IMG/VR virus record: IMGVR_UViG_3300037474_000129
Span: 1-48,216 of that record
DNA from: a virus
Lineage: Duplodnaviria; Caudoviricetes
Direction: 5' to 3' (one strand)
DNA length: 48,216 nucleotides
Shown here one piece after another: positions 18,274-27,314 of the stretch. Position 1 is the first letter of the stretch; each line of letters begins with the position of its first letter. The notes beneath the pieces were generated by a model. It was given only the letters and a program-made list of their open reading frames with translations. It did no database searches and was not told the origin of the DNA. Position numbers and translations under genes: made by a program.

Positions 18274-18465
18274 ATGCCGGAGTTCAAGCAGCCGATAAGA
18301 GCCGCCCGCGCTGGGATCATGCGCGTTGGGGACCCGATCTACGGCCCTGAGTGGGAGGAGTGGGATCGCAAGCAGCGGGAGCAGGCTACGGCGGAGGGCA
18401 TGCCCGAGCAGTGCGACGGCACCACTACTGAGCAGGTGAAGGAGGACGGCAATGCACAGGATTGA
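18274..18465 (+). CDS. Hypothetical protein
   Basis: GGAG SD before ATG; overlaps the tail fibre start. Confidence 0.5.
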   Translation: MPEFKQPIRAARAGIMRVGDPIYGPEWEEWDRKQREQATAEGMPEQCDGTTTEQVKEDGNAQD

Positions 18466-19315
18466 TAGCGCAGGGCACGTCGGGAACCTCTTTGGTCCCG
18501 GAACACCAGGTGTGACCGAGGCAACTGAGATCGACTATGCCTGGATGAACGCGATCCAAGAGGAGCTAGTCCACGTCATCCTCACTCAGGCAGGGATCTC
18601 CCTGGTGAAGGGAACGAACACTCAACTCTGGGCGGCCCTGATCGCGAAGTTCGGGCGCCTGGCGTCGACGAACACGTGGTCGGCTGTGAATACGTTCAGT
18701 GGCGGTGTTACTCAGACGAGCGCGATCACGACGTCGTCGCTCTCTTCGGGTGCTGTGCAGTTGATCGGTGTGTATCCCGTGTTCAATGGCTCCGCGAAGA
18801 TGATGCGGCTCTACACTACTGAGGAAGCTCACGCGCACGGCCACTCGCTCACGCTGACTTGGAATGCTTCGTGGAACGGAACGGCGTGGGTGGCGGATGT
18901 GAATGGTACTGCTACGGCAATCAGCATCACGCCTGAGTCAGTGGCCTTCCGCATGATCACGTCAGCGACCACCTCGCCCGGAGACGCGACCTTCGGATCT
19001 CCCCGTGGCCTCCTGACGTCTGATGGTGTGCGGTCTCAGGCGTACATTTCGACTGCGTCGAGTCCCCACAACAGCGTGACGGCGTTCTCTGGCAGGGTAC
19101 TGATCAAGGCTGGAACGTCGAGCACCACCATCAATAACGCCGCGTTCACTACGAACTGTGTCCCGAAGGTGACGATGATCGCAGGCGCTGTGCTCGATGC
19201 CACGCTCACAACGGTGTGGTGTGACATCCTCTCCGGGACGCTCAACATCTACGGGAACGCAAACGCAACGTCAGATGTGAAAGTCGCGTTTGACGTCATG
19301 CTCCCCGGGGCCTGA
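18452..19315 (+). CDS. Tail fibre protein
   Basis: MHRID...AT.IDYAWMNAIQEEL...TQLWAAL N-terminus of Mu-like fibres; Ser/Thr-rich remainder. Confidence 0.85.
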   Translation: MHRIDSAGHVGNLFGPGTPGVTEATEIDYAWMNAIQEELVHVILTQAGISLVKGTNTQLWAALIAKFGRLASTNTWSAVNTFSGGVTQTSAITTSSLSSGAVQLIGVYPVFNGSAKMMRLYTTEEAHAHGHSLTLTWNASWNGTAWVADVNGTATAISITPESVAFRMITSATTSPGDATFGSPRGLLTSDGVRSQAYISTASSPHNSVTAFSGRVLIKAGTSSTTINNAAFTTNCVPKVTMIAGAVLDATLTTVWCDILSGTLNIYGNANATSDVKVAFDVMLPGA

Positions 19316-19316
19316 G

Positions 19317-19835
19317 TCACGGATCGCAACGGAGGAACTGCAAGAAAGTCACATTCCACACGTGGCTTCGGCAGTCCCTCCAGTTGTCTTGGTCTGTCAT
19401 TGTGCCAGAGGCAACGTTGTAGTAGCAGGTCCCGAACTTCTGTTCACTGCTGGAGAAAGACAGAGTGAACAACCGGTCCTCACGGGGGTTCGGTTCCGGA
19501 GTGAAGTGACCGCCAGAACCGGTGTACTGGCAGGCGACCTTGTAGGCGGATTGTTCAGTGCTAGTAACAGTGCATCCGTTCGCGATCGGGAAAACGAAGT
19601 CTGGAAGGACATAGCGGGCGTCAGGCTGGGCACATCCAAACGACCCGGCCGGGTTGTCCATAGTCTGTGTGACGAGTACCGCGTGGCCAGACCAAGTCCC
19701 AGCCGGAGGGTTGTAGGGGGCGACCACTTCGCCGCCGATTTCGGGGCAGTCCTCGGTCTCGTCGCACTCACCTCCAGAGTCTGCGGTCGAACACCCCACC
19801 AACGCCAACGCCAGGACGGCAATCCATCGCGTCAT
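19317..19835 (-). CDS. Predicted lipoprotein
   Basis: MTRWIAVLALALVGC lipobox; Cys-rich; AAAGGAG SD. Confidence 0.7.
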   Translation of the reverse strand: MTRWIAVLALALVGCSTADSGGECDETEDCPEIGGEVVAPYNPPAGTWSGHAVLVTQTMDNPAGSFGCAQPDARYVLPDFVFPIANGCTVTSTEQSAYKVACQYTGSGGHFTPEPNPREDRLFTLSFSSSEQKFGTCYYNVASGTMTDQDNWRDCRSHVWNVTFLQFLRCDP

Positions 19836-19846
19836 ATCGGACTCCT

Positions 19847-20074
19847 TTAGAGGGAAGACTTCGTTAGGGCCTCGACGCGGGCCCTCAGCGCCGCCAGCTC
19901 GGCGTCGTGGCCCGCCATCCGCTCCAACTCTACCAGCTCGGAGCGTGCACCAGCCGCGTCTCCAACGCGCAACGCGACGTCAAGTCGTGCACGGTGGTAC
20001 TCCCAACCGTCTTCAACGAGAACACCGCGCTCGGTGCAGGCGAGGCAGAGTGCGAGAACGAACACTCGGATCAC
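19847..20074 (-). CDS. Small predicted lipoprotein or secreted helical protein
   Basis: MIRVFVLALCLAC signal; coupled to upstream gene. Confidence 0.55.
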   Translation of the reverse strand: MIRVFVLALCLACTERGVLVEDGWEYHRARLDVALRVGDAAGARSELVELERMAGHDAELAALRARVEALTKSSL

Positions 20075-20394
20075 ATCAGCCTCGAGAGCGTGCCGATCTG
20101 CTCGGCGAGGATTCCAGCCGTCACTGTGTCACCCGCGGACTGGGCCGTCGCCAGCTGCGCGGTGAGCCCGGCGACGATGCGCTTCACGAGCTCGGGTGAC
20201 TCAACGGCTACTGATGCAACGGCGAACGCGATGCGCCCCGTCTCAGACTGGGAGACGTTGAGCGTAACTCTGAGTCCCTCTAGGTGCTGCAGGCTCACGA
20301 TGGTGTGGGGGAAACGGCACTCCTCCATCCGTGAGCCCCTCGGGGCGCGGCGTTTGGCGAGCGGAGTGTTCGCGCGGTTGAATCTGGGAGACAT
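20071..20394 (-). CDS. Hypothetical protein
   Basis: Coupled ORF in leftward cluster; alternative start at 20328. Confidence 0.5.
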   Translation of the reverse strand: MSPRFNRANTPLAKRRAPRGSRMEECRFPHTIVSLQHLEGLRVTLNVSQSETGRIAFAVASVAVESPELVKRIVAGLTAQLATAQSAGDTVTAGILAEQIGTLSRLM

Positions 20395-20639
20395 CAGAAC
20401 GGTCCCCGCGACACGTCAGCGCCGCATGCCGGGGGTTCGCCCCTCGGTCCTCGTAGGTGAACGTGGAGGCACCCCGGGCACCAGAACTTGCCACAACTGC
20501 ATCGGCTCGTCGTGAGCGTGTGGCACAGGCAGTATCCCGGTTCGTCACGTTCGAGCGTGAGTTCGTCTTCACGCGGCTTCGGGTGGGCGTCGAACCACGT
20601 CAGGAACCTCGTAACGTGATCAGCGGGGGACGTGGCCAT
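20394..20639 (-). CDS. Cys/His-rich putative zinc-finger protein
   Basis: CLCH...RCSCGKFWCPGCLHVH. Confidence 0.55.
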   Translation of the reverse strand: MATSPADHVTRFLTWFDAHPKPREDELTLERDEPGYCLCHTLTTSRCSCGKFWCPGCLHVHLRGPRGEPPACGADVSRGPF

Positions 20640-20754
20640 AGCTCGATTCTCGCTCGTCCTACACCAGGACGCAAAGTCCGTCACCAGGTGTTAATACGCA
20701 CTCTATCTCCCGTCGTCAACACATTTCCGATTCCACTTCGCTCTCCCGCTCGGG

Positions 20755-20782
20755 TTGACCCGATTCCAGATTCATGTACGGT
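20755..20782 (+). promoter_or_regulatory. Putative promoter for the lysis-like block, operator in spacer
   Basis: TTGACC-CGATTCCAGATTCATG(16)-TACGGT, near-identical to 4599-4626. Confidence 0.7.
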
Positions 20783-20807
20783 GAGAGCCTCTAGCACCGA
20801 GGTTCCC

Positions 20808-21254
20808 ATGTCCGATGTGGACGTTCGACGTACAACGGAGACGGGCCCCACGCCCACCCTTCGTCCCTTCAAGGAGCTGGCGCCCCTGGCTCCTCCCGCC
20901 GTTCACTCCCCCTCCCCGCTCGTGCCCGCCTGGCTCGCGTCTATCCTCGGGGGGCTGGCTGCTGTCGGCGGGTTCGCCGCGGGGCTGCTGAGTTCCCCCG
21001 CGTCCTGGGTCGTGGCGTCCCTGGCCGTGCTGCTGGCCCTGGTGGCTGGCGTGACGGGGTTCCAGGTTCCCGACTTCACCGTCGGGCGGCCCGTCGTGAA
21101 GGGCGCCTGGATTGGTCCGCTCACGACGTTTGCCGGGCTGCTCGTCAACCACGCCTCCACCCTGCCCGAGGGGTACCTGAAGGGTCTGCTCCTCATGCTC
21201 GCGATCGTCTGCGCGGGCGCGGCCGGCGTCCCCCTCCCGAGGCCCTCGCGATGA
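20808..21254 (+). CDS. Multi-pass membrane protein, putative holin
   Basis: Three or four hydrophobic segments; first gene of the operon containing NlpC/P60. Confidence 0.6.
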   Translation: MSDVDVRRTTETGPTPTLRPFKELAPLAPPAVHSPSPLVPAWLASILGGLAAVGGFAAGLLSSPASWVVASLAVLLALVAGVTGFQVPDFTVGRPVVKGAWIGPLTTFAGLLVNHASTLPEGYLKGLLLMLAIVCAGAAGVPLPRPSR

Positions 21255-21739
21255 GCCCCGCTCGGCAGTACGCATTGGGAGCCGCCGTCAGCTTGTTCCT
21301 CCTGGCGTGCTCGGCGCACGCGGGCACCGACGTGTACCACTCGCATACGTTCAGCTCGCTCGGCGATTCGGCGTGCCCCACGGGATCCCCTGGCAATGCC
21401 CCTGACGGCGGGAAGTGGGGCATCAGCCTTGCTGGGCTGCGCGGCTGGACTGTCGTCATCTGCCCAGTGACTGATGGTGCCTACTTCACGGGGAGCGGCA
21501 CGCTCAACGTCTGTACGTTCTCCGCTGAGCCATGGGGGCCGGGGCAGTGGGCGCTCTCCCCCAGGTTCGCCTGGACGATGACATCCGACGACGTGTCCAC
21601 CGAAGAGAACCCCTGTCTCTCATTCGAGCACACCGAGACGCACGTCGATCTCTCTGACCGCGTCTTCGTCTACCCGTCGGGTGATTTTGGGATCAGCTCG
21701 GGGGGCATGGTGGTGAAGCTATACGGGGCGAAGCGATGA
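21251..21739 (+). CDS. Secreted protein
   Basis: Signal peptide (LFLLACSAHA), four Cys in the mature part. Confidence 0.65.
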   Translation: MSPARQYALGAAVSLFLLACSAHAGTDVYHSHTFSSLGDSACPTGSPGNAPDGGKWGISLAGLRGWTVVICPVTDGAYFTGSGTLNVCTFSAEPWGPGQWALSPRFAWTMTSDDVSTEENPCLSFEHTETHVDLSDRVFVYPSGDFGISSGGMVVKLYGAKR

Positions 21740-22329
21740 ACCGGTATCTGTGGATTCTCGGCTACGTTCTCGTGTGCACGCCGTTCCATGCGAACGCCCA
21801 AGGCTACCGCCCCGATCTCATGTGCACGCCGACGGCGGAGAACGCGCGAGAGCTGAACCTCGGCCGGCGGCTCTCACTTCGGTCCCTCGTGCTCACGGAG
21901 GTCAGTCCCAACGCGCCCGCATTCGCGATGATGGGTGGCAGGTTGTTGCTTTCGCATAGGAACAACAACAACGCATACCTCACCTACAACATCAGCACGG
22001 GGAATATCGACTTCGGTCAGGCCATCAGGAACCAACCTGGCGCTCCTCTCTACACCGACTATCTCGGAACAGCTCAAGGCGACCGGCCTATACTCGTTTC
22101 GGAGACGCGCGGGATCGGTCACGTCTGCGCAGCCGCCCTCGTTGGCACCTGCGGAGTGGGGACGATCGTCCAGGGCGCGACACAGTGCCTCCAGGCGACG
22201 GCCTCGTCGAGGACCCGTTACTGCACCTGCACATCCGACGGGGCAGGCACACCCGTGTACGCGTGGGCGCTCGACTGGGGCGCCGGAGCGGTCGGCACCG
22301 CAACCACCTGCCCAGAGGTAACGCCATGA
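21736..22329 (+). CDS. Secreted Cys-rich protein
   Basis: Signal peptide ending ANA; six C-terminal Cys. Confidence 0.65.
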   Translation: MNRYLWILGYVLVCTPFHANAQGYRPDLMCTPTAENARELNLGRRLSLRSLVLTEVSPNAPAFAMMGGRLLLSHRNNNNAYLTYNISTGNIDFGQAIRNQPGAPLYTDYLGTAQGDRPILVSETRGIGHVCAAALVGTCGVGTIVQGATQCLQATASSRTRYCTCTSDGAGTPVYAWALDWGAGAVGTATTCPEVTP

Positions 22330-22964
22330 TTCGGCTCGTCGCTCTCGTTCTGCTCTCGGCCACCGCTGCAACGGCTACCCCCCGGGCCGACGTCTCTGCT
22401 GGCACATCGCTCACCTACGGCTACTCCCACGTCAGCTCGCCCTACTCCGCCGAGCTCGAGGATTTGCTCCACACGCCCGTGGACAACTTCGGGGTGGGTG
22501 GTGACAGGCTCGCCACGATCATTTCGCGGTGGCAAACGTACGCGAAACCCTACCCATACCGGCGTTGCATCTTCGAAGGTGGTACGAACGATCTCTTCTT
22601 CGACTCCGCGAACGGGACCACGCTGTGGGGCACGTTCAAGGACTGGATCGAGGAAGCGCAAACACCCACCGCTACCCGCCCCGGGTGCCAAGTGGCGATC
22701 ATCCTCGTCCCGCCCCGGTGGGGTTCGGCCGGCTGGACAAGCGACATGGAGACCCAGCGGCTGGCGTTCAACAGCGCGGCCCGAACGTACGTCATTGCTC
22801 ACCCATCGGTGTTGATGTTCGACTCTGATGTCGAGCTCGGAACGGGTTCTCCTGTCGCGCTCGACAACGACTGCGACCATGGCGACGACTTGCACTGGAG
22901 CCAGTCTTGTCATGAGCGAGTGGCGGCTGGCCTGAGGAACCTCTTCCGAACAGGTGCCCCGTGA
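22326..22964 (+). CDS. Secreted SGNH/GDSL esterase
   Basis: Signal peptide; blocks GTSLTYG, NFGVGG, GGTND, DDLH. Confidence 0.85.
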   Translation: MIRLVALVLLSATAATATPRADVSAGTSLTYGYSHVSSPYSAELEDLLHTPVDNFGVGGDRLATIISRWQTYAKPYPYRRCIFEGGTNDLFFDSANGTTLWGTFKDWIEEAQTPTATRPGCQVAIILVPPRWGSAGWTSDMETQRLAFNSAARTYVIAHPSVLMFDSDVELGTGSPVALDNDCDHGDDLHWSQSCHERVAAGLRNLFRTGAP

Positions 22965-23353
22965 GCGAATCCCAAGCCCAGCGATTTGTTGCCGCAGCGC
23001 TCAAGCAGGACGGCAAGCCCTATATCTTCGGGGCCGAGACAGACCTGCGAGATCCCAGCCCGACAGCGTTCGACTGCTCCGAGCTCGTGCAGTGGGCCGC
23101 CAAGCAGGCTGGCGTGGTGATCCCTGATGGGAGCGCAGCCCAGCTGCTCCTCTGTCAAACCCTCCGGACGACGATCGCCGTGGGGCAGGCGAAACTCGTT
23201 CGTGGGGCGCTCCTGTTCCGGCCGGGGCACGTGGCGATCTCGCTGGGGGATGGCCGAACGATCGAGGCGCGCGGCGCCGCGTACGGCGTGGGGACGTTCG
23301 ATGAGAGGGACACCTGGACGGCGGGCGCCCTCGTTCCAAGCATGGGGTACTGA
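22961..23353 (+). CDS. NlpC/P60 (C40) peptidase, probable endolysin
   Basis: GKPYIFGA, FDCSELVQW, GHVAISLGDG..IEA. Confidence 0.9.
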   Translation: MSESQAQRFVAAALKQDGKPYIFGAETDLRDPSPTAFDCSELVQWAAKQAGVVIPDGSAAQLLLCQTLRTTIAVGQAKLVRGALLFRPGHVAISLGDGRTIEARGAAYGVGTFDERDTWTAGALVPSMGY

Positions 23354-23704
23354 ATGCTCGTGCCGCTCGTCCAGCCGACGCGCCAAACGTGCGGTCAGAC
23401 GTGCGTCGCGATGCTTGCGGGCGTCACGGTGGAGGAAGCGATTTTTGCAGTTGGGCACCAGAGTCCGACGACAGCGGACGACCTCAGACGGGGATTGGAG
23501 TTCTACGGCATTCGCTCCAAGCTCCCTGCGCGGCACGGCATCGTCTGGCTCGAGGCCCCCAGCCTTCGGACGGGACATTGGATTGTCCGGTACGGTGGTT
23601 GCTACATCGACCCCGACGACGGCAAGGTGTACCTCCGGCGTGAGTATGAGCGCTGGGCCATCAACGACGGCCGACGCCTGACGCTTCAACTCGGTGTCGA
23701 ATGA
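23354..23704 (+). CDS. Papain-like C39-type peptidase
   Basis: Q....TCGQTCVAML, GHWIV, IDP. Confidence 0.75.
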   Translation: MLVPLVQPTRQTCGQTCVAMLAGVTVEEAIFAVGHQSPTTADDLRRGLEFYGIRSKLPARHGIVWLEAPSLRTGHWIVRYGGCYIDPDDGKVYLRREYERWAINDGRRLTLQLGVE

Positions 23705-25224
23705 GAGTGTGTCGCCGCTGCAACATCCCCAAGGGAGCCGAGTCGTTCGAGAAACTCCCCCGCGGCGCTCTGCGCGGCGTCTGTTACCGATGCCGGAATG
23801 GGAAGCCACCGATCGACAACGCTCCACCAGTCCGCCACAGCCGGCCACTTCGGGGGCGGCGGTTCCTGATTACCGCTGCGCAGAACGCTACGCCCGTGCA
23901 CGCGGGGTTCTGGGCGACGCTCGAGCGGGCCGCCTCTTACCTCGGGGCCGAGCTCGTTGTCATCCCCCTCCGGTACCGGAACCCCACGTCCCAGTGGACC
24001 GAGGCCCAGAGTTCGGACGATTGGTGGGCGCCTGAGGTGCTGCCGTTCCTGTTCAACGTCCGGGTGCGGCTGAACAGGAACCTGGTCCTCGCGGCGGATG
24101 TGAAGACGCAGCCGACTGCCCGCTCGCCGCTCATGGGGTTCGAGTCGCTGACGGGCGCAGAGTCCTGCATCCTGGGGCACACCAAGATGCAGCTGCGCAG
24201 CGTCCCCGTCCCGACGGGGAGGATGCCCAAGCTCCTCTCCACGACGGGCGCTTGCACGGTGCCGAACTTCACCGACACGAAGGCGGGAAGCATCGGCGCG
24301 TTCCACCACTTCCTCGGGGCGCTGCTCGTCGAGCTGGACGGCCCGACGTTCCACCTCCGCCAGGTGAACGCGGACCGGAAGACTGGGGCGTTCATCGACC
24401 TCGCCAAAGAATACTCGGTCTCCGGCGTTCGTCCTGCCCCGCCGGCTCTCGGACTGGTGATGGGCGACACGCACGCCCGATTCGCCAGCCCCGAGGTGGA
24501 CAGGGCAACGTTCGGCCCCGGCGGGATTGTTGAAGCCCTGCAGCCCAAGACTCTCGTCTTCCATGACGTCTTCGACGGGTACTCAGCGAACCCCCACCAC
24601 GTGGGGAACCCCTTCGTGTCCGCGGCAAAGGCCCGCGGCGAGCTCGGAGGAGTGCGCGACGAAGTGGAACACACCGTGGAGTTCATTCGTTCGAGGAGCC
24701 GCGGGCGACGGGCAGTGCTCGTCGATTCGAACCACGGTGACTTCCTCGCCCGGTGGGTATTGCGCGCCGACTGGAAGCATCTGGATCCTGGAAACGCGGA
24801 GTTCTATCTCGACACCGCCAGGGCGATGCTCTCCAGCTCGAGGATGACCCCCCGAGGAACGGAGTATTCGGACCCGTGGGCGTTCTGGGTCGAGCGGATG
24901 CGCGGAGACGCTGACATTCGCTGCCTGGGCCCAGACGAGTCTTTCAAACTCGCGGACATCGAATGCGGCATGCACGGCCACCGAGGGCCGAACGGTGCGC
25001 GTGGCACGCTCCGGAACCTCAGCCGACTGGGCTCGCGGGTGATCTCCGGGCATGGCCACGAGCCGGGAATCGAAGACGGACACTACCGGGTGGGCACCTC
25101 GACGCCGCTGCGCCTGGAGTACACCCACGGTCCAGGCAGCTGGCTGAACACCCACTGCGCCGTGTACGCGAACGGCAAGCGGTGCCTGCTCACGATCATC
25201 GACGGGGAGTGGAGGGCTTCCTAG
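23701..25224 (+). CDS. Calcineurin-like metallophosphoesterase with N-terminal zinc finger
   Basis: CRRC...CYRC; GDTH, HDVFD, SNH, HGH, GHGH motifs. Confidence 0.8.
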   Translation: MRVCRRCNIPKGAESFEKLPRGALRGVCYRCRNGKPPIDNAPPVRHSRPLRGRRFLITAAQNATPVHAGFWATLERAASYLGAELVVIPLRYRNPTSQWTEAQSSDDWWAPEVLPFLFNVRVRLNRNLVLAADVKTQPTARSPLMGFESLTGAESCILGHTKMQLRSVPVPTGRMPKLLSTTGACTVPNFTDTKAGSIGAFHHFLGALLVELDGPTFHLRQVNADRKTGAFIDLAKEYSVSGVRPAPPALGLVMGDTHARFASPEVDRATFGPGGIVEALQPKTLVFHDVFDGYSANPHHVGNPFVSAAKARGELGGVRDEVEHTVEFIRSRSRGRRAVLVDSNHGDFLARWVLRADWKHLDPGNAEFYLDTARAMLSSSRMTPRGTEYSDPWAFWVERMRGDADIRCLGPDESFKLADIECGMHGHRGPNGARGTLRNLSRLGSRVISGHGHEPGIEDGHYRVGTSTPLRLEYTHGPGSWLNTHCAVYANGKRCLLTIIDGEWRAS

Positions 25225-25275
25225 GGGCTCCGTCCTGGCAGCCCCGATTCCGATCTCGCGTGATCTGGGATCTGT

Positions 25276-25509
25276 CTACAGGGTGAAGATGATCGGAGTT
25301 CCGTCGTCGCGGCGTCCGAAAACGATTTGGCGTCCTCCGGAAACGAACCATGACTGTGATGGGAGATTGCTGATCTCATCCTCGGAAAGGATCCGCGCCC
25401 GTCGTTTCGGCGAACGGATGAGAGAGGTGATCTTTTTGTCCAGCGTCTCTGAGCCTGTCTCGACCGCAGGTGGGCGATTGGCGACAACAGTCAGAATGTC
25501 CTTGGTCAT
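25276..25509 (-). CDS. Hypothetical protein
   Basis: GGAG SD and its own upstream promoter. Confidence 0.55.
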   Translation of the reverse strand: MTKDILTVVANRPPAVETGSETLDKKITSLIRSPKRRARILSEDEISNLPSQSWFVSGGRQIVFGRRDDGTPIIFTL

Positions 25510-25542
25510 CGGCGGCTCCGGTGTGCAGCGGGTTATGGGTAG

Positions 25543-25586
25543 ATAGTATGCGTTCTATTTCCGATGTCAATAGTACGCGTACTATT
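25543..25586 (-). promoter_or_regulatory. Promoter with perfect 18-bp palindrome at the -35
   Basis: TTGACA-16-TACTAT on minus strand; AATAGTACGCGTACTATT at 25569-25586. Confidence 0.65.
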
Positions 25587-25791
25587 TCCCCTGTCCTGCG
25601 GCGGCGATATCTGACTCCGGGTCACATAGAGTCGCTGTCCCAGTCCGATCGAAGCGCACGGTGGGCAAGCCGTCCTCCAGGTGCTCGACTGTCCCTTCGT
25701 CCCCCGCCATTGCGTGCACATGCACACCCCCAGTGGTGAACCCCGATTCCTCTAGCGTCCGTACAGCCACCACTCGATCGTTAACTCTCAT
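25582..25791 (-). CDS. Small beta-rich (SH3-like) protein, paralog of the N-terminal domain of 27677-28297
   Basis: VHAMAGDEGTVEH..TVRF..TAT; GAAGGAG SD. Confidence 0.65.
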   Translation of the reverse strand: MRVNDRVVAVRTLEESGFTTGGVHVHAMAGDEGTVEHLEDGLPTVRFDRTGTATLCDPESDIAAAGQGK

Positions 25792-25850
25792 CTGTACTGG
25801 CTCCTTCCCACTCCGGCGTTAACTTCTATTGCCTACGTAACAAGTAGGGC

Positions 25851-25897
25851 GATTCCCGATTTTGGAGTTGACCTCTGTGGAATCGGGAAGGTAGAAC
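25851..25897 (+). promoter_or_regulatory. Putative promoter with GATTCCCGATT operator variants
   Basis: TTGACC-18-TAGAAC; motif variants upstream and inverted in the spacer. Confidence 0.5.
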
Positions 25898-25927
25898 TAA
25901 TCGTCAATAGGAAATTGAGGGCCGGAC

Positions 25928-26206
25928 ATGGCGACGAAAGACGAACTCCTGGCGGAGCTGCGCGGAACGGTGTCCCGCGAAGAACTTGCGAAGTTGGTCA
26001 AGGAGATGAAGGCCGCAGCGGCGAAGACTCCGCCCGACTGGAAGAAGATGGAGCGGACCTGTCCGAAGTGCGGCAAGAAGGGAACGATCGACCCGGACTT
26101 CGGTGTGCGTGTTGTTCGCGGCGTCGAACGTCACCAATCGTGGTGCAAGGAGTGCCGGGCGAACACGGACTACACCAAGAAACCGCGCGTGTATAAGCAG
26201 CGGTAG
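25928..26206 (+). CDS. Zinc-finger protein
   Basis: CPKCG...FG.R...QSWCKECR; basic. Confidence 0.75.
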   Translation: MATKDELLAELRGTVSREELAKLVKEMKAAAAKTPPDWKKMERTCPKCGKKGTIDPDFGVRVVRGVERHQSWCKECRANTDYTKKPRVYKQR

Positions 26207-26289
26207 CAGTGACGTTGCATTGGAAGACCCCCCGGGCAGCCGCAGAGAGCGGCCGAGCGCGAGACAGTTTGTACCACTTATCGTGAACA

Positions 26290-26560
26290 AAATGCAACTG
26301 GCCGAACGGTCAGTGCCCTAAAGTTCTCCTGCCCAATTTCTGGGCAAGGTCCGTCTTGAAGTGCCAGATTCTGAAACAATTTGGGTCAGAATCTGGAGTC
26401 GCCCGCCCGGAGACGTCCCGTGATACACGAATCTGCGCACGTTTCGGGACGTTTCGGGCGGACCCGGCTTACAGAGCCGCTCCGGTTTTTCTTTAGTAGT
26501 TTCGCAGAGTTACAAGGCTGAAAACGAGGCGTCTGGGCAATCTCGGCCCAATTTCCTAGA
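26290..26560. other. Putative attP region
   Basis: Non-coding gap between convergent arms; GCCCAATTTC and TCTGGGCAA each occur twice, inverted repeat CCAGATTCTGA-N11-TCAGAATCTGG, tandem ACGTTTCGGG. Confidence 0.55.
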
Positions 26561-26570
26561 TGACTCACGG

Positions 26571-27296
26571 TCAGCTATTCCGCGCCCTGAGCGCCGCTTC
26601 GACCTTGACAACGTCCTCGGGAACATCCACGGCGATCGAGTTCCAAGACACGGGAGCGCACCGAATCCGGACGCCGTGCTCCAGCGCCCTGAGCTGCTCG
26701 AGGGACTCTGCGAGCTCGAGCGGAGTCGGCGGGAGCGCGGCAAGCCTGGCGAGCGTGACAGCCCGGTACCCATAGAGACCGACGTGTGCCCAGCGCTGAG
26801 CTGGGGCGGATCGTTCAAACGGGATCGGGGAGCGGCTGAAGTAGAGGGCGTCCCCGTTGAGCGCGAGAACGGCCTTAACGACGTTCGGGTTGTCGGCCTC
26901 GTCAGAAAGTAGTGGCCGAACCAGCGTCGCCAGCTCCACTGCGGGATCGCGGAAGGTGTCGACGAGAGTCTCAAGAGCCCGGGGATCGAGCAGTGGTTCA
27001 TCACCTTGGACGTTCACCCACACGTCAACGTCTGGGTGGGCGCGAGCCACCTCCGCGACGCGGTCCGTGCCAGTGGCGTGGGTGGAACTGGTGAGGACAG
27101 CTCGTCCTCCGAACCGCCCCACCGCCTGGCGGATCCGCTCGTCGTCGGTGGCAACGAGGACGTCAGCGAACGCGAGCGACTCCTGGCAGGCCCGCCACAC
27201 GTGCTCCACCATGGGCCTGCCGGCGATCAAGGCGAGTGGCTTCCCAGGGAAGCGGGTGCTAGCGAAGCGGGCGGGGATGACGGCGACGGTGCGCAT
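26571..27296 (-). CDS. kdsB: 3-deoxy-manno-octulosonate cytidylyltransferase (CMP-Kdo synthetase)
   Basis: IPARFASTRFPGKPL, TGTDR, VNVQGDEP, NPNVVK, LYFSR, HVGLYGY, ESLEQLRALE, VDVPED; full length at 241 aa. Confidence 0.97.
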   Translation of the reverse strand: MRTVAVIPARFASTRFPGKPLALIAGRPMVEHVWRACQESLAFADVLVATDDERIRQAVGRFGGRAVLTSSTHATGTDRVAEVARAHPDVDVWVNVQGDEPLLDPRALETLVDTFRDPAVELATLVRPLLSDEADNPNVVKAVLALNGDALYFSRSPIPFERSAPAQRWAHVGLYGYRAVTLARLAALPPTPLELAESLEQLRALEHGVRIRCAPVSWNSIAVDVPEDVVKVEAALRARNS

Positions 27297-27314
27297 CGCC
27301 GCTGAGTACCACGA

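Noticed and set aside
18452-19835. Mu-type invertible tail-fibre segment or diversity-generating retroelement
   Set aside because: No invertase, reverse transcriptase, flanking inverted repeats or second fibre C-terminus seen
25224-25246. Intrinsic terminator after the phosphoesterase gene
   Set aside because: A GGGGCT/AGCCCC hairpin is present but there is no U-tract on either strand
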